A stretch of 64,000 bases of DNA. It comes from Eledone cirrhosa (taxonomy: Eukaryota). Position 1 is the first letter of the stretch, and each line of letters starts with the position of its first letter. Location: contig OZ024740.1 of assembly GCA_964016885.1 (NCBI GenBank), positions 240,436,001 through 240,500,000 on the forward strand, written 5' to 3'. Under the pieces are notes generated by a model. It was not told the DNA's origin, did not search any database, and saw only the letters and a list, made by a program, of their open reading frames with translations. This document shows, in pieces, positions 39,193 to 54,072 of the stretch. A program made the position numbers and the translations under genes.

Positions 39193-41563
39193 TAATATAG
39201 AAAGCAACAGCAAGTTTACCAAGTGGTAAGCTTTACACTATAATTCCCGATATTCTCAGACTTGATTTTGTTATGATTATAGCGTTTGTTTAATGGCTGG
39301 TGTATAGCACTATCTTTACTTACTTAAACTTATCTTACAATAGGAGAATACCTTACTTGATTGTCACAATTGATTATAACTTCAACTGTGAATCTTAACA
39401 GAACTGTTTTTGTTTTGATAGGTTAGTCAAGGAAGGAGAAATGGAGATGCCAATGACATTTGCAAGTCCTTGAAAAATCTATGTTATAGATGTCCATAAG
39501 ACTTTCCATTAAAACCAGTTAGACTATAAGCATTGTTATCAATAAGTTATAGAGCATCATCATCATCATCGTTTTTACATCCATTTGTCCATGCTTGTGG
39601 GTTGGATAGGTCCTTTTCAGGACAGCATCTCTCTACTCACCGTGTTCCTTCGTCATTTCCTCTATGAGTCTGTGATTTGAGATCAGTTCTCACCACATCC
39701 GTCCAGGTCTTTCTTGGTCTACCTCTACTGGAGTTTCCTAGCACTTCTTCACTTAGTAATCATCATCCATGTGCATCATATATCCATACAATGCGGATTC
39801 TTCTTAAACCCAGTTTCTCTCTCAATTCATTCAAGCTGTCGCTCTCTCACACTTACATTACACATCCAACAAGCATGGTTGCTTCATTTCCCTGCAGTCA
39901 CAACCAATGTTTCACTACCATGCAGCATTTCACTTTGCACATAGGCAACAGTCAACCTTTTGTTATCAACAGTGGGGGTAGCCCACTAAACTTTTTTTAT
40001 CCTAGCTATTATGCTCTCAGAGTACTCTCCTTCACTACTAATTAAGTCACTTAGATAGCAGAAGCTATCAACCACTTCTATGGATCCTTCCAAAAAGATA
40101 TATATTACAGATGCTCTTCCCCTCGATTACCTCTGTGCATATTGCAAGGATATCGACACATGTAGAAATATTGTCAAATCATGATATTGATCATTAGCAT
40201 TTTACGACAACTTTCCATTCTGGCAAGAGTTGGACAGTCTCAGCCAGGTTCTTATTCTGAGTTATTGACCTCTTAGACCAACAGAAAGACTATGCTTAAC
40301 TCATACATTCCATTTATGGCATTGTTTCTATAGGTGGATACCCTTCCTAACATTAACCACTTTACAGAATATACAGGGTGCATTTTATTTAGACACAGGT
40401 ACTAGAAATATTATACACTAAACAAAATAAAATAGTCCTTGCCAATCATGATATAGTGTGTACTAGGTACATTTATTATGGCACAAGCACTGAAGAAGTT
40501 GTCTTGTGCCACTTCACATAGCTTCCATTCTTTCAGGGCAAATGTGACCAGGAGTATCATAAAATATATCATTATCTCTGGCACTTTTAACAAATTTACT
40601 GGAAAGCAGGACCACCCTTTCCACCGTCACCTTTTTCTCCAACTGTGGTACTTGAAGTTGATAAAACTTGGTCAAGGAGGTAATTGCCTGTCTTTAATCC
40701 CTTCAATCTTGTCAAGCATACAATTTCTTGGTAATAGCCAGCAGGAAAACGCCTACCTTTCTTGGTCACCAAAGCGCAGCATATTTTATCTCAATTCAAT
40801 AATAATATAAATAATAATTTCTAGCATAAGTGTAAGGCCAGAAATTTGGGAGAGGACTTTAGCCAATTATACCATCCCCAATACTTTACTGGTATTTGCT
40901 TTTATCAATTCTTGTAGGAAGAAATGCAAAGTTGACCTTCATGGAATTTGAACTCAGAAAGTAAAGGGACAGAACAAATACTGCAAAACATTTTGTCCAA
41001 CACTTATTAATACAATATCATCATCATCCAGCAGCTTCAGCTGAAATCAACTCAACAATTGATCTCCACATGGGTCTGTCATTCATTGCCACTGCCAAAT
41101 CCTAGATTTCAATACCAGAATCGCTAGGGATGATATCGGGATAGGAGAGCTTGTGTCCCGTTATTAGTGACTGCTTGTGGTTTCCAAAGCCCTAATGGGG
41201 ACACAGCCCCATAGGTGGCACGATGGCAGTAGCCAGTAAATCTTACTATCCTTTTACATATAACGACAGATGTGCATGTAAGGCCAGCATATATTTCTTT
41301 CAAAGTCAGATCTCACCAGCTTATGTTCTGAATGCGTTGAAACAGGAGAGTGTAGGTGCCATCAAGGCACTTTTGTTGTTTGGATGAAAGTGTACATGTT
41401 TCACTTCCATATAGCAAGATTGATTGAATTGTTACTTGGAAGAGTCTGATCTTGGTGTGGTTGGAAATATAGTACTACCACTACAGTCACAGCAAATGCT
41501 ATTCAACTACACATCAAAATTACATATTCCTTATAATTTAATAACATTATATTGTATACTTGT

Positions 41564-41672
41564 TCAAATCCCGCCAAGGTTAACCTTACCTTTCATCCTC
41601 ATGGGGGTCGATAAAATAAAGTACCAGTAATACACTGGAATAATTGCTGGCCTTGTGCCAAAAATAGAAACA
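41564..41672 (+). mobile_element. 5'-truncated SINE with 18-bp TSD
   Basis: attatattgtatacttgt at 41546-41563 and 41673-41690. Confidence 0.9.
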
Positions 41673-42688
41673 ATTATATTGTATACTTGTGTTTATTGTT
41701 TAATGGACTTTGGCTTTAACCCTTTAGCATTTACATTACTCTATATTTATTATAATATCTTCACAGTAAAGGCTTTACCTCACATAATTATCTCACATAA
41801 TATTGAATCTATGAGATTTTGATATTATTTATTTTGAGAACAATACCTTAACATCAGTATGAATGGCCTGTTACAGTTGGTTAGAAAATAAAGAGGTGAG
41901 AGAATTCTGGCTGGATATGGCCAGTTTAAATGCTAAAGGGTTAATGGTCATATCTTCTCTCTTATTTGTCCATTAAATTGATTCTTTATAGAAATAATAA
42001 TGATAAAGAGTTAAGTTCTGCCTCACTGAAAGTTAAGAGATGAAATTGCTATAAAAGAAAAAAGTTCATAATGAACATGGTAATAGAAAAAAGAAGACTT
42101 AAATTCCAATTTCTTTCATTGCAAATTAATGCAAAATTTTTACTGTTATTTCAAACAAATGAGAGGAAAATAAAGAAAATACATTAAATATCAAATGCAT
42201 TTTAAAAAAATGCATTTTTCATTGTTCTGTTAAAAACCACCCAATGGAATTGTATGATTCCAAGCAAACATTATTTACAGATAAACAAGTTTAAGTTGTT
42301 GTATTAGTAGTTGTAATCTGGTATATTCCATTGATAATCTTTGAGATTTATTAATATGGCACGAATAATAGCATTTTTAGATAACAGCAATACTCCCTTT
42401 ACACTTTCTCTTGAAGAAATAACTTGTCTTTTTTTTTTGTTTTGTTTTATTTATTTTTCAAACATCCATCTTGTGTTACTACTACAAAAGTGGTATTTGG
42501 CTAACTTTTAATTTACCTCATTAGCAATAATTAGATCTAGTACAGAAGTGTATAAAACCATAAAAAAAATATTGTCTTGATTGTTTTTAAATATTACCAG
42601 CTTTTGAAATACACTGGTAAACACGATGACATATTCTACTATGAGTTATAAAATGTTTGCTGGGTGAATTTTGTTTTACATATAAGAA

Positions 42689-42860
<172 letters not shown>

Positions 42861-45800
42861 GTGCATGTGTATATGATTTATATGCTGAAAGCACTTATCT
42901 GCACATTTACTGCAACTGTTTGATACAAGGCATAAATACTGAAAATAAAAATGTTTCCTAAAATCTCTCATTACATAAGTTTATTTATAATAAATTATTT
43001 TTGGTAAAGAATGTTTGATTACTGGCAGCATTATCATTTAGTTCAGTAGCACAATTATTACATTGAACAATAATATTTTTGTTTTGAACATATCCTTAAA
43101 AGTCAAAATGCTAAACATATAATAGAACAAAACTAAGAATATTCCTTAAAAAACAATAAATATTTGTCAGAGTTACATATTATCAATTTTAACCAGGTTA
43201 TAAGCAATAAAAATAAAAAAAGAATATGTATCAAATAGTTAAAAAAATGAAAAAAAGCTACACTGATTATTTTGAGTTTTTTTATAATTCATTGATCAAC
43301 AAAAGAAATGTTTGAAAATTGTAAGCTTGTGTCAAAGAATTTCGAGTTGCAGCTCATGTTTTGCAATTGAGAAAGACAGCAGTTAGATATAATCTAGGAC
43401 TAATTGTTATCTAAACAAAGGTAACAAGAACAACAAGAACAAATGTTGAAAAAAAAAGATGGATGGATTCAAGCAATATGTTTAGATTTGAAGGCTTTCT
43501 TAGAAATTTTGATTTTGTAAAGATAGATTAACAGAAATATAATTGTATATCATAAACTCAGGTGTCTAAAAATTAAAATAAAACAGATGCTATGTAAAAT
43601 TAAATAAAAAAGAACAAAAAAGTACATGTAATATAAATCATATCTGTGCTACTTTACCTAAATGGTATGTAAATATCACTAAAATCAATTTACATAAGAA
43701 GTTGAAATATGTAGCTTTTACTTAAATGTATAGATATCAATATTATTGTTTAAATTAGAGATTATTTTGAAAGAAATATGTAATCATTAATATATTGGTA
43801 AAATTTACTCAATTCTGTACCATTTGCATTTCTGATATGCATGGTGAGACAGAAAGTAATTTAAATATGCAATTTAAAATTAATTGAATGCAGCATATAA
43901 ATATTGAATTAATTTAGCATTTTAAACAATTTTTTAATGGATTTAAGCAGAGCTTTGGTGTGTATGTTTAATTGTATAATGTATAATACATTTTTCTTTT
44001 GAGCTATATTGAGTTAAAAAGTATTTCCCACTAAACTTGCCCTATTAACAGGTTTATGAGCAATGAGAAAGAGCTTCTGTAGTTTAAATTAGATTCAGTG
44101 AAAGAGGATTGCAAATGTGCCTTGTTAGACTAAAATGACACTGCAAAATTGCTATGTAGCAAAATTGCATAGTGTGCCTATTAAACACTATTGAATACAT
44201 CTTAACGGGTTATAAATATATAATAGTATAGAAATATCACATTTCCCACAATGGTTATTTTTTTTTTTTTATTCTTGCCACTAATATAGTTATGTGGACA
44301 ATTATATATAGGGCACATAAATACCATTCTAATATCAGGTATGTCTGTTTAAGAAATAAGTCACATTTCATGTGAAGTTAGCCAGTCTTCTTTACTTTTT
44401 CTTATTCTAGATCATATGAAATTGCTTTAAAATTTCAAGATTTCGCGTCATTTATTTTCTTTCCAACACACACACAAAAAAATACTCATACCTACACACA
44501 GATGTTTGTTTTCATTGAAGGAGTAAAATTGTGAAGATAATTTCAAATATTTGCACCAGTCATAGTTTCAACTTAGACCCCTAATTAGTTTTGTTCGAAT
44601 TTTTACTTTTATGAAAACAAAGAAGAAACAGAGTTGTTAATGTAAATCAGCAGTACAGCCATAAAGACAGACAGCCAAATAAAGAAAATATAAATAAGTT
44701 GCTGACCTCTTCTAAATGAATACACCAGTTAAGGCATGGGGAAAAAACCACCCACATCTGAAAATTATTTTGAGTTCTACCTAGCTGTAAAACTACTCAT
44801 AAAACAATAATTTTGATCTTCAGTTCTTAGCTAGCCATCAGCTAAGTATTTGAGACTCTTTCTCCAATTAAAATATGAGTACTAAATTCATTCCTATGAA
44901 CATTCCAGAAAGTGTTAATGATACATGGATCCCTCTTTTGTAAAATGGTAAGACATTAAATAAAAACAAAATGAGAAGTAGTAGGATTTGTGAAGATTGT
45001 GAAAGTGGTGGTCTTAATAACATATGTAGAAGTAGTATTTGCCAAAATTATTGTACATCTAACAGCTACAACTAATAATTTCTTTTTGTCTGCATCTCTT
45101 ATTTCAAATATATTTTAACTATGATATACTCAGTTGACTTCAAATTTCTTTCAGTCTTACATACAAGAGATGTCAATGAAGCCCTGTTGCTGCCTTATCT
45201 AAATGCAAACTCTACTACCTCCAACTCAAAATATTATACATTTGCAATTAGCTTGACACTAATACAAATATCCAGAAAGACAATAGATATCTTTTTTAAA
45301 AGTTGAATATTTACCTATAGCTTTAGATCTATTTCAAGTAGTCTCTACTCAAGTTTCAAGCCACGTATGTGTGTGTGTGGGTGGGTGTGGGTATGTGGGT
45401 GTGGGTGTCTGTAACGGAAAATTTGTATAAAAACGATCGTAGAGATTAAAGATGGATACAATTTTAAAAAAACCTTGGTTTTCTTCAATTTAAATACATA
45501 TAAGTATAAATGAACTAAGAGAGAAACTGGGCATAAAAGGAATCAGATGCAGTGTGTAGGAGAAGAGATTGCATTGACATGGACATGTGATGTTTATGAA
45601 GGATGACAGCTGGATAAAAAGGTGCAGAGCACTAAAAGTTGATAGAAACTATGGAGTAAGAAGATCTAAGAAGATTAACACCTAACCCATGCTCTAACAC
45701 CTCACAGCCATGTCCCTATATCTACCTTCCCAATACCCACCTAAGTCCTCAGCCCACACTGTAAAGTGGTCATGTAGGCATCATGGCAAAAAGCACCCAA

Positions 45801-46089
45801 CCCACACTGTAAAGCAGCTGTGTATGTATCACAACAAAAAGCACCAAGTATACACTGTAAATATAGTTGGCATTAGGAAGGGCACCCAGCCATAGAAACC
45901 AAGCTAGAACCAAAGACATGGTCACCTGATCTGACTTGTCTCATAGCAGGTCAACTCGTCTAAGCCATGCTAGCGTAGAAAAATGGACGTTAAATGCTGA
46001 TGATATATATATATGTAAAAGGTAAACAGAAATAACAACACAATCAGTACAGTATATGGAAGGGATATATTAGGTTAACGCTTGATATA

Positions 46090-46127
<38 letters not shown>

Positions 46128-46394
46128 TAAATGTGGTTGGTGTTAAGAAAGGTATCCAGCTGTAAAACTCCTGGTCAAATTTACAGTTCAGTCTGAGCAA
46201 GGTACAGTGCAGCCAACAGGCCAGTCTTGTCTTATGACGTGGACGACTCATCTAACCCATGCAAGCATGGAAAATGGACGTTTAACGATGATGATGATGA
46301 TATATATATAAGAAAAGTTAACAGGGAAGAAAACACAGGAGAACAATAAAATATGATAATATAATAATGGTAATAGTTGATATAATTCATACAA

Positions 46395-46430
46395 AACTAA
46401 TGTTTCGGATATGAGTCCTTCATCAGAGTT
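46395..46430 (-). ncRNA. minimal hammerhead, same type as 22434-22469
   Basis: AACU-CUGAUGA-A-GGAC-ucau-AUCC-GAA-ACAU-U-AGUU. Confidence 0.65.
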
Positions 46431-46532
46431 AGAATTAGAATAAGAGAAGATAGGATGTTTAGGAGAGAGAAGAATAGGAAGAAAAGAAAGAAAATTGGAG
46501 AAAATTTTGATGGGAAGAAAACACATACACAC

Positions 46533-46571
<39 letters not shown>

Positions 46572-46729
46572 AAAGTGGATTAAAATAAAATTTATTTCAA
46601 TCATATTATACCATAAATCAGCTCAAATATGCTTCATACAGGCTAAAATCTGTATTTTGCAGAGCACTATTTATATAAAATTTTATTTAGGTACAATACT
46701 TAATGAGACTGAAACATAGCAACCAACAA

Positions 46730-46821
46730 GACTAGAACTGTTTCATTCTTTAGAAATCCTGATGATTTCGAAAGAATGAAACAGTTCTAGTCCTGTAGAA
46801 TCTCATCTATATTAAAACTAT

Positions 46822-46822
<1 letters not shown>
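46730..46822 (+). ncRNA. hammerhead core within a foldback hairpin
   Basis: CUGAUGA(46759)-uuuc-gaaa-gaau-GAAAC-aguucua-GUC; 46730-46757 is the reverse complement of 46764-46792. Confidence 0.65.
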
Positions 46823-46852
<30 letters not shown>

Positions 46853-47079
46853 TCTACAGTGCTGAGACCGGGAAGACCATTAATCATGGGAGTACTCAAT
46901 GCATGGGGAGATGCAGAGTGGGCATAGAGACTTGTAAAATCCTGACAGCAGCGGCAAGCCGAAACCACTTGGTGCCGCAATCAGGATTTTAGATCTCTCT
47001 CTCTTATATATAAGTATTGAAGTTTCCATTGAAAAAGTCAGAGGAATGAAGAGTGCTCTATGTAAGTTACAGAGCTAAA

Positions 47080-47206
47080 TATTTAATGTATAATAAACAA
47101 TACAATATAATTACCTCTGACGAACGAATGCGGACGTTTCTTGTATTCGTCTTATTCGGGAAACCTCTGGTAATGAGGTAATTATATTGTATTGTTTATT
47201 ATACAT

Positions 47207-47212
<6 letters not shown>
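47080..47212 (+). ncRNA. hammerhead core enclosed by a perfect 38-bp inverted repeat
   Basis: CUGACGA(47117)-aCGAAU...AUUCGg-GAAAC-cucug-GUA; 47080-47117 pairs with 47175-47212. Confidence 0.7.
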
Positions 47213-47244
<32 letters not shown>

Positions 47245-49233
47245 CATCCATTTTGCATCCATATTTTTCAGGCTTGCTTGGATGGGTCTCCCTCCACACA
47301 CACAGACTTGACAATGCAAATATACTATTCTGGATATTGGTGATATCAATTTACATCAAGCTGGCATGGATTGAATAGTCTATTTTCTTGAGTAGCTGTT
47401 TTTTACAAATGGATACTCTTCTTAATAACTATTCAACCATGAAGTTTTTCTCTATTTGACAAACTGAGGCAAAGTAAAACAAGCGAGCCCAAAGAAACAT
47501 TTGTCAGAGACTAGTCCAGAACACTAGAGGCTGAGCAAGTAGAGTTCTGTGCATTACTCAGGAGTATAACAAAAAGGTTCGAATTTGTAACCATGAAGTA
47601 AATAGTCTAATATCTTAACCTCACAGCTATTGTGCTTGTATGCTAATTGCAAAGGTGTAATTACTTTGAGTCGGAGGCAATTCTATCAATTTTTTAAAAT
47701 TCATGTAATATATTCTGAAACCTCAATTCAGATAAGAATTATCCTTGAAATAATAGGAGGATATATTTAATTATAATAACAAATTTCTAAAGTTTATCCT
47801 GACATCATCTTTTAATAGAAAATTGGTGTTTTAATTAAATTGCATAAGAAACCACAAATACAGAAGAGAATTGGCATTAAAAATACTAGTTCTTGTCAGA
47901 TCTTAAAAGTTAAGTTAAGTGGTGCATATTCAAATTAGTGGATAGATGACTGACTGTTGAGAAAGAAAATGTGAGTAAAAGAGTGTAATATAGAGAATAA
48001 AACAGTAAGGAATTAATTATGAAGAAAGAAAAAACATTCTTATGCAATATTAAAAAACAGAATTAAATAAATGTTAATCATTGAAAGACCAAATTGTATT
48101 AAATAAATAGTAATGTTGAAATAAAAAGTAATATACTGAGAGAAGTCATTAAACTGAGTTTAAAATAATAAACTAAAACTTGCATTCATATTTTAACAAG
48201 GTTTCAAAAATGAGATTCTAATCCTCAAGGAGAGTTAAAAATAAATATTCTTAATTCTTAATTAAGAAATGGATATAATAGAAGATAAAAATATACCTTT
48301 CCACTTGACTTTAATGATTAGTGATAGTAATTAAGTGTTTTGCCCCAGCATTTTCAAATGTAAATGCAATTATGCAAAAATATTTCAGAAACTTATTTCT
48401 GACAAAACCCGATGTATCTATGAAGTCAGTAACATACTCCCAACAAACTTTTCTAATGCCAATTGAAAGAAATGGAAAATTAACAATTGTTATATTGTTA
48501 ACAATTATTATGATGAAATATTTACATAAAACATCATAACAGAGGGTAGATTACAGCAATATATTACATATAAGAAATGCAATTAAATCCCTTGATATAA
48601 AAAGTATTTTCTTTTCTTTTGGCAGCTAATTTACATTAAATTCTAATGTAGCACAACTAATTAGCTTTTTTTATTCATTTGATTTTAATTACAGATGAAA
48701 AAGTCTGAGAAGGGAATAGAAAATAAATAATTAAAAAAGAGGGATTTGACTAAAAGTATTTTAACATAAACATTTGATGAGTAGGTTACAATGTACCAAC
48801 ATTCAATGATTTAAAGAGAATATTAACCAATTCAGTTGTTGCAAACTTTTGAAAATAGCAACATTTCACCTCAAATTCATAACTCAAAACACTGTGTATA
48901 TTTCCCTGTTCATATCATAACAAAAATATCTTTTAAATCCAATTTTTCTCTCTCATTTCCTTTTCTTATCTCAATACATTTTTGGTTTTATTTTTACAAA
49001 TAACAATGATAATAACAATAGAAATAATTATAATACAAAAATAATAGTAATAATAATAATAATCATTTCTTTTATAGTAATAATAGTAATAATAATAGTA
49101 ATAATAGATTTGCTTCATTTAAATGATTCACATAGTTTTTTTATACACAATAGTATCTTACAGAACAAAATGTCTTAGATTAATCTGCTAGCCTTAACTT
49201 AAGATACATAGATTCTTGCCTGAGATGGGAATT

Positions 49234-49426
49234 CTACTGTACACAAGGACCAGGTTGCAAAGAATTTGAGTTTATTGGAGATTTAAACTTTGGTAAACAT
49301 AAACCAAATTTTGAGTCCAGACCATCAAATGTTGCAAGAGCCAAACGATAACCACCAATATGGTCAGGATTTCTTGACATTTTTTCTTCAAGAGAAGTTG
49401 GCCGAGCCTCAGATCCTTCAGGTCGC
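49234..49426 (-). CDS. terminal coding exon of an unidentified host gene ([63 protein letters not shown])
   Basis: strong acceptor ttccatttttcttttcag|, 63 open codons to TAG, GC step against the flanks, AATAAA at ~48990 (-). Confidence 0.65.
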
Positions 49427-51703
49427 CTGAAAAGAAAAATGGAAGGAATAAAAATTTTAATAAATGAATAATTTGATAGAAAAGAAATGTTAAATAATTT
49501 TCATAATTTTCTTGAAATGCCTCAAGAAAAGAATTGAAAAGATTTCCATAAAATTCTTCTTTTCAGAATTTTTTTTTTTTTTTTTTTCTTTTTTAGTGAC
49601 TAGCTAGGAAATGTTTTAACATATGCTAAGGGTCAAATAAATAAAATGGAAGATTGAAAACTAAAGAATTTGATTGCACAAATATACTTTTGAAAATAAA
49701 TTTTCTTAAACCCAGTATACATCAATATGCCAAATATTAATCTAAATAAGAAAACTACTAAGCAAAAATTATTTACATGGGCTCAGTTGTTTTGACATTA
49801 CAAACTGGAAAAAGAGAAGGGGTTGAATAAAACAATATATTTTCATCATGTTTTACTTGATTCTTTTAAAAACATTGAGATATCTTATCCATATTATGCC
49901 AATAGCTTGCTGAACACTACCTTAAAATTCATAGCAAAAGGCCTTCAAAATGTTTTTAAATAAACATACAGTATATTATTAAATATACAATACGTACATT
50001 TAAATAACTGAAATACTTTAAATTAACTTCCTCATAATTGAGCAGGAAAATTAAGCATGCTGAAATAAAAAATGAGCCAATGCCCATATAGACTACTGTA
50101 TTGAGTTGTAATAGCCATACTAGATATTTACAGACAGGTAATGTGAGCCATTGGAAGTTAAGGAACATTAACCAATTATTTCACAGCTAAAGCTTTCTAT
50201 GGGTGTTAGTGAAAATATCATGTATTCACCTGAAGTTTATAGCAAATAGTAAAATCTACTTAGATAGGACATGTAAACATTGAACTGCTCAATCACATAT
50301 CATCTTAGAGTATACATTGGAAAATACATCCCTCAGATATACAAAAAGACAAGATGGCCATAAATAGAAAGCTTTTGACCATATGTCTAATCAATCAGAA
50401 CTCTTTAGGGACACCAACTATTGCCTAGTTCATTTTTCCTTTGCTAACTATGTCACATTAAATATAGAAAGTTAATTATGCTTTTAAGTAAAAACAACAA
50501 TATAAATCTGAGTTTTTCTATTTGTTAGTTATAACAATATAAATATTTTCAATTATTTGTCTATAATTTTATTGTTGTTTTTCTAATAAAATTCATGTAA
50601 ATATCAGTCATCTGTAAGTGAGGGATATCAAAATACAATGTAATTTAATAAAGTATTATGCAGTAATTATATTTAGTTTCATATCTACACACATATAATA
50701 TTGAGTTTAAGTTCAAAAGCTTCTGAGACAATTCCTATACAAATTTCCCAAGGAGCTAACAAATTATTTACTGAAAAACAGAGTGGCTTCATGATTTGGG
50801 GGAAAAAAGGAAAACGTACTGAAACAAAATTCTTAGACTATATATATTTTAAGAATCTACATAGGATATTAATTATTTTTCTTTAACAGTAGATTTTTAA
50901 GAGCAGTTCCAAAAGGAGATTGAAACTAGGTTGTAGACTTGCTTCACTGGAAATTTACCATCACATTCTGGCAACTACCTAACACAATAATACAGAAATA
51001 TGAAGTTTCAATTAACAAAAAAAAAGCATGAAATGTTTAATTATTGGAACTTTACAGGCATTGTATTGAGCAAAAACAGGGGCAATGAAGCATTCATAAA
51101 GATGTTAAGATTTTCCACTCTTTGTAAACGCAATATCAAAATAGTTGGGAGATGAGATTGGGATATCTTTTTTCTTTTTCTTTCAAAGTAAGTAACAGAT
51201 AAAGTCTATGTAGATTGGAGGGCATACAAAGTATTAGGATGGCATTCTACAACAATTTGTTAACCAGATAAACTGCACCCAGTACAGCATCTAACCAAGG
51301 TTAGAGAAGACTCTTCAGTTGTGTCAAAGACATGACAGCCTCCCTATTGCTGGTGCTATATTTGTATAGCATTTTTTATTCTGTAGAGTGTGGGAACATA
51401 TATAAGTGAGGTAGGTCCTTGCTCAGCTGAGAGATAAATGGCTCCAAATATTGACTTGATCTGTGGAGATACATCCAACCCTTGCTACTAAGAAAAATGG
51501 ATTAAACAGGCTATCTATAACTTCAAATTCTAAACTGCAGTAAGTTTGATATTTGTGCTGTGCTGTTCTGTTGAGAACATCAGGTACATTCTCCCAAGTT
51601 TCATTTCACAACACATCTGTTTTAACATACTATAGTATATCAACCCTTTTAATAATATCATATACAAAACGGACATAATTTGATACTTTTTTTTCTCTTT
51701 ATT

Positions 51704-51914
51704 CAAGAGTTTAGTATCTGAAAAGCTATTTGTTTAATAATTTTAATTGTATATCGGCTATGAAAATATTATTTCTGTCCGTTCCCTTGTCTTTAGATTG
51801 GATTGCCTCGGAAACATAACCTTATTACATAAGATGCTGTCGTCTGATTCACATTCTATATATATATATTATTAAAATTATAAAACAAATGGCTTTTCAG
51901 ATACTAAACTCTTG
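51704..51914. repeat. ~45-bp inverted repeat arms
   Basis: caagagtttagtatctgaaaagc...ttttaat / attaaaa...gcttttcagatactaaactcttg. Confidence 0.8.
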
Positions 51915-51954
51915 TAAGTATAAATAGTGTAGAGTTAAAGACATTTATATAGAT

Positions 51955-52068
51955 GTGTGTGTGTATAGAACAATGAAAACAAAACAAGTCAGAGATAGCA
52001 AAACAATGAATTAATTAACTACCTATCTCTGACTTGTTTTATTTTCATTGTTCTATACACGCACACAC
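51955..52068. repeat. ~45-bp hairpin flanked by (GT)n and (AC)n
   Basis: tatagaacaatgaaaa..aaacaagtcagagatag / ctatctctgacttgtttt..ttttcattgttctata. Confidence 0.85.
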
Positions 52069-52300
52069 ACACATATATATATATAGTGGTAAGAAACTCT
52101 CAAGAGAGCTGTACAACAGAAAGTCTTCAAAGAAGAAACCCCTGTCAAGCAAGTGTTTTTGCCCTTAATTTCTTACTCTAAGGGGGCTGAGCTGCATCCA
52201 GGTCATGACTCCTGGGTGCCCTTCTGCTGACATTTAGCCATTCAGAAATCAGAGACTTGGTGTGTATTTAAACCCTATGAAGATTTTAACAGGATCTAGC

Positions 52301-52353
52301 TGTAATTCAACTAAAAAATCATACGTATGTATGATTTCTTTAGTTGAATTACA
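52301..52353. repeat. ~25-bp hairpin, with a third copy of the arm at 52375-52389
   Basis: tgtaattcaactaaaaaatcatac-gtat-gtatgatttctttagttgaattaca. Confidence 0.8.
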
Positions 52354-53699
52354 CACACACACACACACACACAGGATTTTTTAGTTGAACAACTAAGACC
52401 AAGTTTAAATGAGCATTCAATGCATATTAATTATGGGCTTTCAACTCAATGAAAATCTCTTACATATAAGACACAATGTGTTGATTATTTAGTTCAGTGT
52501 CAGATGTCACGCTTAACAACAAATATAGAAAGGGAGAGAGAGAGTAAAAAGGGGATACAGAGTTGAAGTAGGAGTATATATACTAACCAAAGTGGAAGGT
52601 AAAGAGTGAGAGAAGTGGAAGGTAAAAAGTGAGAGAATTAGAGAGACAAATAAATGCTGAAGTGAAGATGCACATGTAGATACGCACACATATGCATACA
52701 CACATGTAACTGTCTGCATCTGGCATCTTCCTGAGCAATATAATTAATTTTAGTCAGATAAAGGTAGTGAAGTAATTTAATAATTTTTTTTAATGAAGTT
52801 ATACATTTTTATTTATCTACCTACTGATACCCATACTGGCAAACATATACTCCCATATTTACCTGTTATATGATAGGTAACACTCTAGTATATATATTAC
52901 AAAAACTGAGTTTGAAAATATTCAAGGTGTTAGAGTGTCTATTTCCTTAAAGTTGCAGCCAATAAATCAAACCCTAGTATGCCTGGCTTTTTGCTGCAGA
53001 AATATTTATTTAAAAAGGAAGGAATCAGGAAAATGCCCATTAACTTTAAATATACTGTACCACATGAAACTGCATTAGCAAAACATTATTCTTGACAAGT
53101 ATAAAACAGCACTATCACCACATCACATTAAAAATTAAAATCTTAATTATTTCTAATATTGCAATTTTCACAATTTTCTGTCCAATAGTGAAGATACTAT
53201 AAACAATTGAATGAACTAACCCATTTTTAGAAATCTTCTGCTAAATCCTAACAGTGTGTTTTAATAAGGAACAAATTGTGAGTATCATTTAGTAAACTAC
53301 TAAACTCTTCCTCACTATCAAAAGGTGGAACGGTTCCCTGCTAACACCATGTTAACTAGATTATCTTGGTTCTTGTAGACTATAGTTACATGCTACCAAC
53401 ATCTAATTTGGAAAGAGCTTCTAGGAACCAAATCTAACTCCTATTCAGAACAGCATGGTTAAATACTTAATCTTGTCACCTTTTAAAGAAATATAAAACA
53501 GTTCGTACACTTATCCAAATATGCACCAATTAAGGAAGAGGAGGCTGAAGTAACACGAGAGAAAGAGAGAAAAGGCCTTGCAATTTTAATTGGTTCCATT
53601 TCTATGAGTGTTATTATATTTCATAGTTTGTGTGTCCCCAGATACCACAAACATCTTTCTTTATTTTTCGACAAAAAAAAAAAATAATAATAATAATAA

Positions 53700-54072
53700 T
53701 AATAATTGTTTCTACTTTTGGCACAAGGCCAGCAATTACCCAGTACATTACTGGTACTTTATTTTATCGACGCCATACGAATGAAAGGCAAAGTTAACAT
53801 CGGCAGGATTTGAACTCAGACCATAAAGGGCTGTAACTCTATAATAATAATAATAATGGTTTCTTATATAGGCACAAGGCCAGCAATTTGGGGGGAGGGG
53901 AATGTTGATTAAATCGACTCCAGTGTATTACTGGTACTTTATTTTATCGACCCCGTAAGGATGAAAGGCAAAGTTAACGTTGACGGAATTTGAACTCAGA
54001 TCATAAAGGGCCGTAACTCTATGCTGCAAAGCATGGCGTCCGACCCTCCACCGATACTGCCAATCCACTGCC
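53700..54072 (-). mobile_element. two SINEs (short variant 53700-53840, long variant 53855-54072)
   Basis: family core and (ATT)n tails. Confidence 0.88.

Noticed and set aside
45730-45870. CRISPR-like ~37-bp repeats (also 36380-36480 and 56650-56850)
   Set aside because: Degenerate tandem units inside an RTE-tailed element; no unique spacers, no cas genes, eukaryotic context
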